64,000 nt of DNA from a virus. Location of the stretch: IMG/VR virus record IMGVR_UViG_3300045988_125731, positions 1 to 64,000 of that record; one strand, given 5' to 3'. The notes under the pieces were generated by a model that saw only the letters and a list, made by a program, of their open reading frames with translations, did not search any database and was not told the origin of the DNA. Shown here piece after piece: positions 36,501-45,927 of this stretch. A program made the position numbers and the translations under genes. The number at the start of each line of letters is the position of its first letter. Position 1 is the stretch's first letter.

Positions 36501-37073
36501 CATATGCTAGTACGCACTAAAGAAGGTTGGCGTTATATAGTTGAAAAGAGTACCTTAGAAGAAGCTCAGGCAGAATTAGATAGTGCTTTAAAAAATGCAG
36601 GGCTAGATGATTTATCTCAGGCTATTGCTGGAATAGAGGCATTACGTAGTATCTATTCTCTTGCTAGTGGTTCTGTATTAGATAATATGAGAACGTATTT
36701 TAGAGAGGCAGGAAATTTATCTAATTGGCTCGCTTCTGATTGGGAAAGTAAATTAAAAACTTTAGATAGTTTTGGCGACCCAGAATTATCAAAGAAATAT
36801 TATGATTCACAAAAAAATTCTACAGCAACAGGAATAGACCTAAGTAAATTCTTTGGTTTAGGTAGAACTGGTGGCTATGTAGGAGATAGTCCTAATAAGA
36901 ATTTAACTTCTATAGATACAAATAAATCACAAGCAATTCTTTCTGCTATAAGAGAGAAAGCAAAAAATATTATTTTAAATATTGATGAATTAGATTTGCC
37001 AGGCGTAACTAATGCTTCACAATTAGTTGCTGCTTTGACAAGTTATGCTTATCAAAAAGCGTCTAATAAATAG
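33513..37073 (+). CDS. tail tape measure protein, copy 1 (1186 aa)
   Basis: TP901-type tape-measure core (VDDAMVELNKVADLS...AVAQFKKAGY...NVADG...LLGGFEILRNSEV). Hydrophobic segment, long coiled coils, a Gly-rich stretch. Confidence 0.8.
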   Translation: MANKITGTNYYISSGIQITTTAQDIQEQLNKLSADKVLATGIRLKFSTTGLRSGFNTAIRNVLKNSNLGYMAGLAPGSGSGGSGIASKVATPISPIDGLNKDDVSKMGILEQFSTTSRFSLKKPPSVTEMYKYQQNLNTTIRATFKEGQGLISLTKTLTTRASDTTRRYEELKIRLNNLRKIGKLSKVQFRRFTDELEATNQLTGKDKLEALRKIQTELADISKRSQSWLGIFKQNLQKFTSWITITVGFFGIINSIKKLVKEVKAVDDAMVELNKVADLSQTQIAKVQKDANALASRVSTTADEALRAVAQFKKAGYSLDQSFILAETALRTVNVADGIENAEDAATSLIAILRGFNMEATEVGRVLDVLNHISNNFAVDVNNLTDGMQRISAVMAQTGTSYEETIGLLTGGFEILRNSEVVSQGLNTISQRMRRVTEDGQDNSQVISKIEEGLYKYTRGAVSVYDKQTGELRSTYDVLADLATVWDTLSSLSQSYITELLAGNRQNKVLAAIMSNWANVQKVVAESAYAYGSAKEEEQKVLQSVQGKLNALKQAIQEFALRSLTSDTEKGILDILTSIVKFGTDLGGLFKILGRLGIIILAWKLPQIILLISSLRTNVIRLTTEINGLTYQYQVMTVMGKEYVIAERSYGEVTNAATNTVNGLTASLKHISIVITALIAVYTAIQFIDSRITESMKKEAEEAEKFYDKNKSQYDTLMSNYDEYIKLITKTDATASEVNKLNVLEKQFALYGIDNEIAQLGTRTDKIEAIADIIRQQALARQKVVEDTANAMAVNKLPSYWYNATQSSAGKGRIHAFQEASFEEKIKMLRSMASNENISASHRDEWQAALEYYEQLYNEWKQLGLAADLEGNPKIIELRTKIGEFLNAADFSLDKTKETQLTMYKSIDALVADIEKELSDGSLSGEAQLYIESLLKAYQEQLDIVLNKDYAFEYLGDKLQELKDIQSNREKELERQEKLKAIEEARQKLAEAERTHMLVRTKEGWRYIVEKSTLEEAQAELDSALKNAGLDDLSQAIAGIEALRSIYSLASGSVLDNMRTYFREAGNLSNWLASDWESKLKTLDSFGDPELSKKYYDSQKNSTATGIDLSKFFGLGRTGGYVGDSPNKNLTSIDTNKSQAILSAIREKAKNIILNIDELDLPGVTNASQLVAALTSYAYQKASNK

Positions 37074-37087
37074 GAAAGGAGGTAGTT

Positions 37088-40000
37088 ATGGCACAATATA
37101 ATTATTATGTTGGCGTTGGCGTTAAGATAGTAACAAGTCCTAAAGAGTTACGAGATTTGTTATCGAAATATAATGTAGCGGTTAATAATGTAAAAGTAAA
37201 TTTTGATGTTGATTATATGGCTGCACAATTCAAAGCAGCGATAAAGAAAGCCCTAGGTAGTATTAGTGTAACTAATCTTGGAATAGATAATTCTACTAAG
37301 CCATTTAATATAAAAGATATTGAACCTAGTGCAAAACTAGAAAGTTCAGTAAAAGCATATAATGAACTTGGTAAAGTTATTAAAGTAGTTAATACTTATG
37401 CTATTGGAACAAACAAAACATTAAAAGTTGTAACTGACGGCACGGGTAAATTAATATCTACTCAACAAACTTTAAAAACGCATAATACAGAAGCCAATAT
37501 TGCGTTAAAAAATGTGCAAGAAAGATTTACATATTTTAAACAAAATGGTAAATTAACAGCACAACAAATTAACTACTTCACTCAAGAATTAAATAGAATC
37601 AGCAAATTAACAGGAAAAGAAAAGGTTGAAGCGATTAAGGTATTCAATCGACAACTTTCTGACACAGGCAAAAGAGCGTTAAGTATTGGCGAACAGTTTA
37701 AAGAAGCGTTCAAGAAATTTATGGTCTGGTCTGCTGCTACAGTAACATTTGCAAGTTTAGTAAAAGCTATTAGGAGTATGATTCAAGAAATTAAAAAGCT
37801 TGATGATGCTATAGTTGAATTAAACAAAGTTGCTGACTTAACTAACAAAGAATTAAGTGGCGTTATAGATAAAGCTAATGAACTAGCTGATAAAGTTTAT
37901 AGCACCGCAGACCAAGCTTTGCTCGCCGTTGCTCAATTTAAAAAAGCAGGTTATGAATTAAATCAATCTTTTGACTTAGCTGAAGTTGCTATAAGAATGA
38001 CAAATGTTGCTGATGGTATTACAAATACTGAAGAAGCCGCTTCTTCTCTTATAGCAATATTAAAAGGCTTTGGACTAGAAGCGTCATCTGCTAATAGAGT
38101 TCTAGACCTTTTGAACCACACTTCAAATAACTTTGCGGTAGATACTGACGACTTAACCAACGGTATGACTAGAATTTCTGCTGTTATGGCTCAATCAGGC
38201 ACTTCAATTGAAGAGACTATAGCGTTATTAACAGCGGTAACCGAAGTTATGCGTAATGCCGAAGTTGCGAGCCAAGGCTTGAATGCTATTTCACAAAGAA
38301 TTAGAAAAGTTACAGAAGACGGCGAAGATAACACCAAGGTTATTGCTAAGATTCAGTCTGTATTTGATAAGTATGTTAAAGGTGTATCTGTATATGATGT
38401 TAATGGAGAATTACGTTCTACATATGACATTTTAGCAGACTTACAACCACGTTGGGCTGGATTAAGTTCAGAAGTAAAAGCATATGTTACAGAAGCAATT
38501 GCTGGTAATAGACAAAATAAAATTTTAGTTGCTTTAATGCAAAACTGGGAAACTGTTGATAAAGTAATAACAGAAAGTGCAAACGCTGCTGGTTCCGCAA
38601 TTGAAGAAGAAGGTAAATTTGCTGACAGTGTACAAGGTAAATTAAATCAACTAAAGCAAGCGTGGAACGAACTTGCTCAAGCAACTTTAGATTCTAATCT
38701 TTTAAAATTCTTTATTGACGCAGGTAAGAGTGTTGTAAAATTAGCTACTTATCTTGGTGGACTACACAACGTTTTGTTTGCTATCTCGGGTTTAGTTGCA
38801 GGAATAAAACTTCCAGTAATAGTTAATTATGTTATGGCTTTAACTAAAGGCTTTAGAGCTAATCACGTAGCTTCTGTAAGTAAAACAATTTCTACTAAAG
38901 CTGAAACGCAAGCCGTTAATGAAAACACTCAAGCAATGCAATTGAATAATGCTGCTATGAATACAAATATTGCTTCTACCAATAAGCTTAGCAAAGCATT
39001 AAAAATAGCTTCTCTTGCAATCACAGGCATTACAATAGTATGGAGTGCTGTTACAACTATTATTAATAAAATCAAGGCTGATATGGAAGAAGCGATTACC
39101 CTTGCTTCTGAAAATGCCACAAAACAAAAAGAGCGTTTTGATGAATTTTTGAAAGAGCGTGATGTATATCTTGAATACTCACAAACTATTAATAAAACCG
39201 CTAAAGAAATTACTGCATTAAATGCAGCCGAAAAGAACTTAGCAGAAACTTATGGCTTTGTATCTTCTCAAATGGACTTAGCAAATGATAGTCTAGATGC
39301 AAGAAAAGAAAAGTTAAAGGCTTTATTTAATGTTCAAAGAACAGAAGTTCAAAAGACTATTGACGCTTATCAAAAGCAGATTAATACTTTAGGCAAAAAT
39401 ACATCTGCTATTAGAAAAAGCGAACTATGGACTGGTACTCGAGCTATGTCTTTAGAAGAATATTTAAGTAAGCGAGAACGCACACTACTAAAGAATGTTC
39501 GTGCTAAGGGTGAACCTAAGTTTACTGTTGAAGAAATTAGACAATTTAGAGAAGGTTGGACTAATACTTATAATCAGTTATTAAAAGAACTTCAAGGTAA
39601 TGAAGCATATCAAGAAATTACTTCATTACAAAATCAAATTACAGCACTTCAAAAAGTTTACCAAGATGAGGAAGTATTTAATCTTAGTAATTTAATAGCA
39701 CAATTTCAAGCACTTCCTACTTTTGCCTTAGAGCAAGGTACAGATATAGGAGATTTAGCAGATACACAAGTTAATTCTATTGCTACAATAGACGCTGTAA
39801 TTGCCAAAGTTAAAGAACTTTTAAATTTGGAAAACCAAACTCCTGAAGTTATACAGATGTTTAATAGTATTATTGAAAGATATACTACATTAAAAGAAAC
39901 TATTGAGAAAACTGATTTTGCTTATAACACACTAGATGAAAAGTTAAGTATTTTAAAGAAGATTCAAAGCGAACGAGAAGAAGAACTAAAGACAGAAGAA

Positions 40001-40681
40001 AAACTAAAAGCCGTAGAAGAAGCCAGACTTGCTTTAGCTAAGGCTCAAAATAAATATGTCTTAACTTATACTTCACAAGGTTGGCGATATGTAAAAGATG
40101 AATCTGCTATGCAATCAGCAACTGAACAACTTACCAAGGCTATTCAAGACGCTGGGTTAGATGATTTATCTCAAGCAATAAACGGCGTAGAGCAACTTCA
40201 AGAAATTTTGTCTACTATGACAGGAGATGAAAAGGACGCTATGCTTGCTTATTATAGAGAAGCAGGTAAATTAGCCGATTGGCTTGAAATGGACTATGCT
40301 AGTAAACTTGCTGTTATAGATTCTATTGCAAGAAGTGCTGGATATGAAGGCTCTTATACTCAAGACTATTTTAACGAATGGGGAAAAACTGGAACTAGAT
40401 TTGGCAATCTAACTCCTTATATTCCAAGTTCGCATACTGGTGGTGTAATTGGCGGAGTTCGCACCAATCCAAACGAACAAATTACTAAACTTCTTAAAGG
40501 AGAACTTGTATTAACTGAAGGACAACAAAAAGCCCTTGTAAATCAAATGGATAAACAAGGTGGTGGACTATCTATTAATATAGGTAATATTTCTACTAAG
40601 GAGCAAGATGTTGATGTTACTAATTTTATAGAACAAATTAAACAAATTGGTAGTATGCAACGAAGAACAAAGAGAATATAA
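37088..40681 (+). CDS. tail tape measure protein, copy 2 (1197 aa); paralogue of copy 1
   Basis: The same tape-measure core (LDDAIVELNKVADLT...AVAQFKKAGYEL...). N- and C-terminal regions are alignable to copy 1 (GWRYI/GWRYV...AGLDDLSQAI). Confidence 0.8.
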   Translation: MAQYNYYVGVGVKIVTSPKELRDLLSKYNVAVNNVKVNFDVDYMAAQFKAAIKKALGSISVTNLGIDNSTKPFNIKDIEPSAKLESSVKAYNELGKVIKVVNTYAIGTNKTLKVVTDGTGKLISTQQTLKTHNTEANIALKNVQERFTYFKQNGKLTAQQINYFTQELNRISKLTGKEKVEAIKVFNRQLSDTGKRALSIGEQFKEAFKKFMVWSAATVTFASLVKAIRSMIQEIKKLDDAIVELNKVADLTNKELSGVIDKANELADKVYSTADQALLAVAQFKKAGYELNQSFDLAEVAIRMTNVADGITNTEEAASSLIAILKGFGLEASSANRVLDLLNHTSNNFAVDTDDLTNGMTRISAVMAQSGTSIEETIALLTAVTEVMRNAEVASQGLNAISQRIRKVTEDGEDNTKVIAKIQSVFDKYVKGVSVYDVNGELRSTYDILADLQPRWAGLSSEVKAYVTEAIAGNRQNKILVALMQNWETVDKVITESANAAGSAIEEEGKFADSVQGKLNQLKQAWNELAQATLDSNLLKFFIDAGKSVVKLATYLGGLHNVLFAISGLVAGIKLPVIVNYVMALTKGFRANHVASVSKTISTKAETQAVNENTQAMQLNNAAMNTNIASTNKLSKALKIASLAITGITIVWSAVTTIINKIKADMEEAITLASENATKQKERFDEFLKERDVYLEYSQTINKTAKEITALNAAEKNLAETYGFVSSQMDLANDSLDARKEKLKALFNVQRTEVQKTIDAYQKQINTLGKNTSAIRKSELWTGTRAMSLEEYLSKRERTLLKNVRAKGEPKFTVEEIRQFREGWTNTYNQLLKELQGNEAYQEITSLQNQITALQKVYQDEEVFNLSNLIAQFQALPTFALEQGTDIGDLADTQVNSIATIDAVIAKVKELLNLENQTPEVIQMFNSIIERYTTLKETIEKTDFAYNTLDEKLSILKKIQSEREEELKTEEKLKAVEEARLALAKAQNKYVLTYTSQGWRYVKDESAMQSATEQLTKAIQDAGLDDLSQAINGVEQLQEILSTMTGDEKDAMLAYYREAGKLADWLEMDYASKLAVIDSIARSAGYEGSYTQDYFNEWGKTGTRFGNLTPYIPSSHTGGVIGGVRTNPNEQITKLLKGELVLTEGQQKALVNQMDKQGGGLSINIGNISTKEQDVDVTNFIEQIKQIGSMQRRTKRI

Positions 40682-40703
40682 TATAGAAAGGGTATAACAT
40701 AAT

Positions 40704-41468
40704 ATGTCTTTAAATGCTCAAACAGGTAAAGAGATTAGAGTTGCATTAGAGCAAGCATTAGATAATGTGCTTAGTGAAGCATATAAAACTTTGCCTTATG
40801 ACAAAATCTATTATGGAATATTAATAGGCGTTGATAGTCTGGGTATAAATTATACTCTTTCTATCAATGATAAAATTTATACTGATGTAAAGCGAATACA
40901 AAACTGTGGAGTTCTATCTATTGGAACTCCCGTTATTTGTATGGCTCCACAAAATCAAATGACAAAACTTTTTATTCTTGGGGCTGTACAAACTACTACA
41001 CAAACGGCTGGACAAATTACTCCTATTTTAATTAGTATTACAGATAGTGATATTAATAATGTAAATGGAGTATCAGTTCCTAGCGTTAGTGATTTAATTA
41101 ATGAAAGTTTATTATTTACCAATCATATTAAATTACAACTTCAATCAGGAGAGTATTTAAACCTTCCTTTTACAAGGAAAACCTCTAATAATGTATATTA
41201 TAGTGCGGTTGTAGATGGACAACTTTGGACTTTATATACAAAGGGTGCTGAAAATAAAGTTTATATTACAAAATCTTCAATGGGTATTGACACGTACGAC
41301 GCAACAGCTTCTGAGGCTGATATTGCATTAGATAAAACTGCTTATGCCCAAGGAGAAAAGATAACTGGTAATATTAATACTTATGATGGAAGTTATATTT
41401 TGGAAAAAAGAATAAATAATAAATTACGAAAGTTTACGAAAATTAAACGTAAAACTAGGAAAATTTAG
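40704..41468 (+). CDS. distal-tail/baseplate protein candidate (254 aa)
   Basis: Sits immediately after the tape-measure genes. Its C-terminus (AYAQGEKITGNINTY) resembles the shared motif of the next two genes. Confidence 0.4.
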   Translation: MSLNAQTGKEIRVALEQALDNVLSEAYKTLPYDKIYYGILIGVDSLGINYTLSINDKIYTDVKRIQNCGVLSIGTPVICMAPQNQMTKLFILGAVQTTTQTAGQITPILISITDSDINNVNGVSVPSVSDLINESLLFTNHIKLQLQSGEYLNLPFTRKTSNNVYYSAVVDGQLWTLYTKGAENKVYITKSSMGIDTYDATASEADIALDKTAYAQGEKITGNINTYDGSYILEKRINNKLRKFTKIKRKTRKI

Positions 41469-41486
41469 AAAGGATTATATAATAAT

Positions 41487-42455
41487 ATGGCAACTTGTAT
41501 AGTTAAAAGCTATGATGGCAATAAAATAATTGGTCAATTTGATAATGCTACAGGTATAGTTATTTCAAATAATGCTAATGGTGGTATTACTCAAGGCTCT
41601 ACCTTAGTTTGTTCTTTACCATTCTTGCTAGGTTTATCCACCTCTGCCAATGGAGCATTAAAGTATACGCCTAAAACAACCGCTCAAACGGTTACCGAAA
41701 CTACTTTATATGCTTCAAGAGACCCTATTAAAATTAGTTTAGGAACTGGAACATATAGTTTAAGTACGCAAGACACTATTGTAAGAAATAATATTCAAGT
41801 TACAGTGGCTTCGGATGTTAAAAACCAATCAAAGACTGTAACTCCTACAACTTCTCAACAAACTATTACTCCAGATAGTGGATATAGTGGTTTGAACCCT
41901 GTAATTGTTAACGCTATTCCTGCAAAATATAAAGACACTTCTGACGCTACAATTGTAGATGGTTCTCAATTATTAACTGGATATACTGCGTATGGTCACA
42001 ATGGCAAAGTTATTGGTTCTATGCCTAAAGCAACCTCTGGAGTATTAGTTAATAATGCCGCTGGTGTAATTATTCCTAAAGGATATTACGATGGCACTTT
42101 AAAAGCTACTGTTAATTTACAATCTAAAACAATATCTCCAAAAGCAACTTCTCAAACTGTAACTCCAGACAGTGGACAATTCTTATCAAGCGTTACAGTT
42201 GACCCAATTCCTATTTCAAATTTAACTTATAGCAGTCAAGCTTCTTTAAACAAAGCCTTAGTTTTAGACTTTAGTAAGCAAGCGGCTGTTCACGACAATT
42301 ATCAATCATTCTTCACAGCCGATGGATATTATGCTGACTCTATTGATGTTATGAGACCAGATACTCTTATCCCAGACAATATTCCAGCCGATGTTACAAT
42401 TGCTGGTATTGCTGGTGGAATCCCAATTTACACAGGAGCGTATACTAAGAACTAA
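41487..42455 (+). CDS. tail/baseplate protein (322 aa) with a conserved C-terminal TLIPxNI...VTIAG motif
   Basis: C-terminus PDTLIPDNIPADVTIAGIAGG. Confidence 0.45.
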   Translation: MATCIVKSYDGNKIIGQFDNATGIVISNNANGGITQGSTLVCSLPFLLGLSTSANGALKYTPKTTAQTVTETTLYASRDPIKISLGTGTYSLSTQDTIVRNNIQVTVASDVKNQSKTVTPTTSQQTITPDSGYSGLNPVIVNAIPAKYKDTSDATIVDGSQLLTGYTAYGHNGKVIGSMPKATSGVLVNNAAGVIIPKGYYDGTLKATVNLQSKTISPKATSQTVTPDSGQFLSSVTVDPIPISNLTYSSQASLNKALVLDFSKQAAVHDNYQSFFTADGYYADSIDVMRPDTLIPDNIPADVTIAGIAGGIPIYTGAYTKN

Positions 42456-43240
42456 TGGCAAAGAGTAAAGTAATAACTGTCAGTGAATTTTCAAATAGTA
42501 CAGCGGCAAATAGTGCAAAGAGAATATCAGATATAAATAATATACAAATTTCCATCACTGAAAATGGTAGTTATACTTTACAAACTAAAGGCACAATCTG
42601 TCGTAAAGATGTTGATTTAATAGTTAATGTAGCTTCTGCTGGAATTACAGGAGTTAATCAAATTAATAATACACTCTTTATTGATAGTAGTTGTACCGCT
42701 ACAAAAGCAACAAACCATTTAAATGGTAATGCAAGTGATGTGTATATTAATAGGTTGGATTATTGTGATGCTCTTTCTCATAAAACTTTCAATGATAAAG
42801 GGCTTGTCTATAACTTTATAGACGATTACGGGGGTGGAGCAGATGGAAGCAACGGAATAATTAAATTTTGTAACGGGTCTGAGGCTGATAACAACCTATA
42901 TCAAGAAGGCTGTGGGGCGAGTCTACAGTTTACAGCAGGCGATAACTCTATACCTACTGTTGATATTTATGATAGAGATGGAAATCTTGTTGCATATATG
43001 CACGATGGCTTACTCGAGAATGTGAAGGAAATAACCATCGATGATTTACATCTAGCCAGTGGTAATCAAATAATACAAGGGTTGGAATTTCAATATCAAT
43101 CACAGGCAACTGGGACTAGTGGAGAGTGTCTTACCTATTATAGTAAAATTACAATAATTAAACCTAGCACGCTAATTCCAAGTAATATTAGAAAAGGTGT
43201 TACTATTGCAGGTGTAACTGGAACATATGAAGGAAATTAA
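42455..43240 (+). CDS. tail/baseplate protein (261 aa), C-terminal paralogue of 41487-42455
   Basis: C-terminus PSTLIPSNIRKGVTIAGVTGTYEGN. Confidence 0.45.
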   Translation: MAKSKVITVSEFSNSTAANSAKRISDINNIQISITENGSYTLQTKGTICRKDVDLIVNVASAGITGVNQINNTLFIDSSCTATKATNHLNGNASDVYINRLDYCDALSHKTFNDKGLVYNFIDDYGGGADGSNGIIKFCNGSEADNNLYQEGCGASLQFTAGDNSIPTVDIYDRDGNLVAYMHDGLLENVKEITIDDLHLASGNQIIQGLEFQYQSQATGTSGECLTYYSKITIIKPSTLIPSNIRKGVTIAGVTGTYEGN

Positions 43241-43336
43241 TCTTATTTAGATTAGACAAATTAAACAAAAAGTTTAGTAATACTAAACAAAATTAAATAA
43301 AATATCATTTTAAATTCTCAAAGAAAGGAGAATAAA

Positions 43337-44104
43337 ATGGCAACTGAAAATTATAAAAGTTCATATACTGGCGTAGAAATTGATAATGCTTTTACAGCCA
43401 TTAAGGCTCTTACAAATTATCTTAATGCTATAAGTTCTGCAACTGGTAAGGTTGACCCTAGTCTTATTAAAATTTTGGCTTCACAAATTAGTGGAGTAAT
43501 TCCTTATGCTGATAGTGCTGGGACGTCAATAGATTCTGCTAATGCTTCTAACGCTAGAAAAGGAAGTGCTTTAGATTTACGTATTACAGATGTTGAAAAT
43601 GGAATATCAGGTCTTGAAGATATAATCAATAATAGACCTACAATAAGTAAGTTAGCAAACACTATTAATGATTTAACGACTTTATCAGACGTAAATATAT
43701 ATGACCTAGTTTTTGTTCAAGAAACTCAAAGTGTTTATATATATGGTCAAGGAGATAAAACAAAACTTACAGACTGGACGTGTGTATCAAAAGGAAATAT
43801 AGCAGATACTACTTCTGGTGCTAAAACTATTGATTGCTCTCACGTGGCTTATTATAAGTTAAGTTCTCCAACAGCAATTACTTTAAAAGCAGTTGATTTA
43901 ACAAAACTCCCACAAGGCGATAGAACTACAGTTATCACATTCCCTACAACGCCAAGTATGACCTTTACTAATACTTTAGGAGTGTATTTTAAAGGTGATG
44001 ATTGTGCTAATGGTGTATTTACTCCTGTCAATGCAGACGCTTTATATGAACTTAATATTTGGTATAATGGCTTTCAATGGTGTGGCACAGTTGTTAAATG
44101 GTAG
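43337..44104 (+). CDS. tail protein (255 aa)
   Basis: ORF with an AAAGGAGAA RBS. Confidence 0.4.
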   Translation: MATENYKSSYTGVEIDNAFTAIKALTNYLNAISSATGKVDPSLIKILASQISGVIPYADSAGTSIDSANASNARKGSALDLRITDVENGISGLEDIINNRPTISKLANTINDLTTLSDVNIYDLVFVQETQSVYIYGQGDKTKLTDWTCVSKGNIADTTSGAKTIDCSHVAYYKLSSPTAITLKAVDLTKLPQGDRTTVITFPTTPSMTFTNTLGVYFKGDDCANGVFTPVNADALYELNIWYNGFQWCGTVVKW

Positions 44105-44111
44105 GTAAAGT

Positions 44112-45905
44112 ATGGCATATTCAATTCAATATCAGACTTATAATGGCGTACTAGAAGATGGGTTTATAAGTTCTACTACGCAAGATAAAACTACTTTACC
44201 CAACCCACTTCCTTTTTGCGTAAAAGAAAATAATGTTTTTAATGGTTGGTTTTTAGATTCAACATTTTCTGAACCCGCAACGGCTGGAGCAACACTTACT
44301 GAAAACGTAACTTTATATGCTAAATTTGTTACTGAAACAGACGCAGAAAGAGAATCTTATAATTTAGTTCAACCTTTAGTAGGTATGATAGCTCCATTTG
44401 ACGCTACTTATTTTACAGGTGGAATTAATATTAATGTAACTTTAGTTGGTGGTGTAGCAGTTGATAAACTATTAATTAAAGTTACAGATATTACTACTAG
44501 CACTGCAACAAAAGTAAATTTAAATTATAATTTTTATGATGTTACAGATATTGGCGATTATATTCGCACTTTTAATATTTTTGTTTCACTAAAAGCAAAT
44601 GCAGTTAAAAATAATCATAACTATAATTTAACAGTATCTAGTGTTAGTAAAGATAGATTGGTATTATCTACTATTTCGCAACCAGCATTTTTTACTTGTT
44701 TTGCGAAACCAACATTAGATTTTTACACTGACTCTGCATTAAATACTAAATTTACTGGCTTCATTTATAATAGTACGTTAAATCTTTATCCTGTATTTAA
44801 CACACAAGATATTAACAGTGCAGCAACTCTTGGTTATTATTATGTAAATTTATATGGTCGTCCACAAGATGGTAGTGCGGAAGTATTACTTCAAGCCACC
44901 CCAGTTTTATATAACACAGGAAACCCTATACAATTTAATAATATTTTACCTAGTGGGATAGGTAGTCAATTTGCTTATCTTTCATATGTCTTAAGGTATA
45001 CATTCTCTACTAGTGATGGAATGGTCATAGAAAATTCAATTAATTGTAGTGCTACTTATGACCAAGCTGTGTTGTCTAGTTCTTATTTAGAATTAGAAAA
45101 TTATTGTGGTGGATATATAAAAATTACTACTAAAATTGATAATGATAGTTGGCAAAATATTGGAAAAGTGATTCTCACACGTAAACTATTAGATAATTCT
45201 CCTCTGACATCTAATGAAGAAATTGCTCTTATGACATCAACTTATAAAGCAAATTTTTCAATGATAGACCCATATAATCAATCTGGAGTAGTGTATGAAT
45301 ATACTTTATATCTATATGACAATGATGGAAATTTATTAAGTTCAACTATTCATTCTAAGGTCTATAGTTCATTTGAAAATGCGTGCGTTTGCGACCCATA
45401 TCAACTCTTTACTTTGAAGAGCGGCTTACAATATGGGGACTACCAAAAAGTTGCTTTAACGGGCGTATATGAGCCTTATGGAGCAATTTATCCTACAATA
45501 GTTAACAATGCTTCTATCAGTTATAATAAAGGTAGTATTACTGTAACTTCTTTAAGTAGAAGCACAATGACTAATTACAGAGATAGTGGCATTAGTTATT
45601 TAGATGAAGTTAAAAATAGAGAAATGCTTAATAGTTTCTTAACAAATAGACGACCTAAAATACTTAAAGATACTTTAGGAAATATTTGGGTTATTTATGT
45701 TAATGGTGGAGCAAATAACTCATTTAATTCTAGTTTATTCAATGCTATTAATGATACAAGTTATGATTGGGTAGAAATCGTGCCACTTACGCAAGAAGGG
45801 TTAGATAGCGTTGGTATGCTTGGTTATTTTCCACTTGTGTATAGTGATGGAACAACTAACGGTTTAACTACGACAATAGGAAATTCTAATAATATAAATA
45901 TTTAA
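44112..45905 (+). CDS. tail fiber / receptor-binding candidate (597 aa)
   Basis: Large Asn/Ser/Thr-rich protein in the distal tail module. Confidence 0.4.
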   Translation: MAYSIQYQTYNGVLEDGFISSTTQDKTTLPNPLPFCVKENNVFNGWFLDSTFSEPATAGATLTENVTLYAKFVTETDAERESYNLVQPLVGMIAPFDATYFTGGININVTLVGGVAVDKLLIKVTDITTSTATKVNLNYNFYDVTDIGDYIRTFNIFVSLKANAVKNNHNYNLTVSSVSKDRLVLSTISQPAFFTCFAKPTLDFYTDSALNTKFTGFIYNSTLNLYPVFNTQDINSAATLGYYYVNLYGRPQDGSAEVLLQATPVLYNTGNPIQFNNILPSGIGSQFAYLSYVLRYTFSTSDGMVIENSINCSATYDQAVLSSSYLELENYCGGYIKITTKIDNDSWQNIGKVILTRKLLDNSPLTSNEEIALMTSTYKANFSMIDPYNQSGVVYEYTLYLYDNDGNLLSSTIHSKVYSSFENACVCDPYQLFTLKSGLQYGDYQKVALTGVYEPYGAIYPTIVNNASISYNKGSITVTSLSRSTMTNYRDSGISYLDEVKNREMLNSFLTNRRPKILKDTLGNIWVIYVNGGANNSFNSSLFNAINDTSYDWVEIVPLTQEGLDSVGMLGYFPLVYSDGTTNGLTTTIGNSNNINI

Positions 45906-45927
45906 TGAAGGGAGGTTATTATATTAT

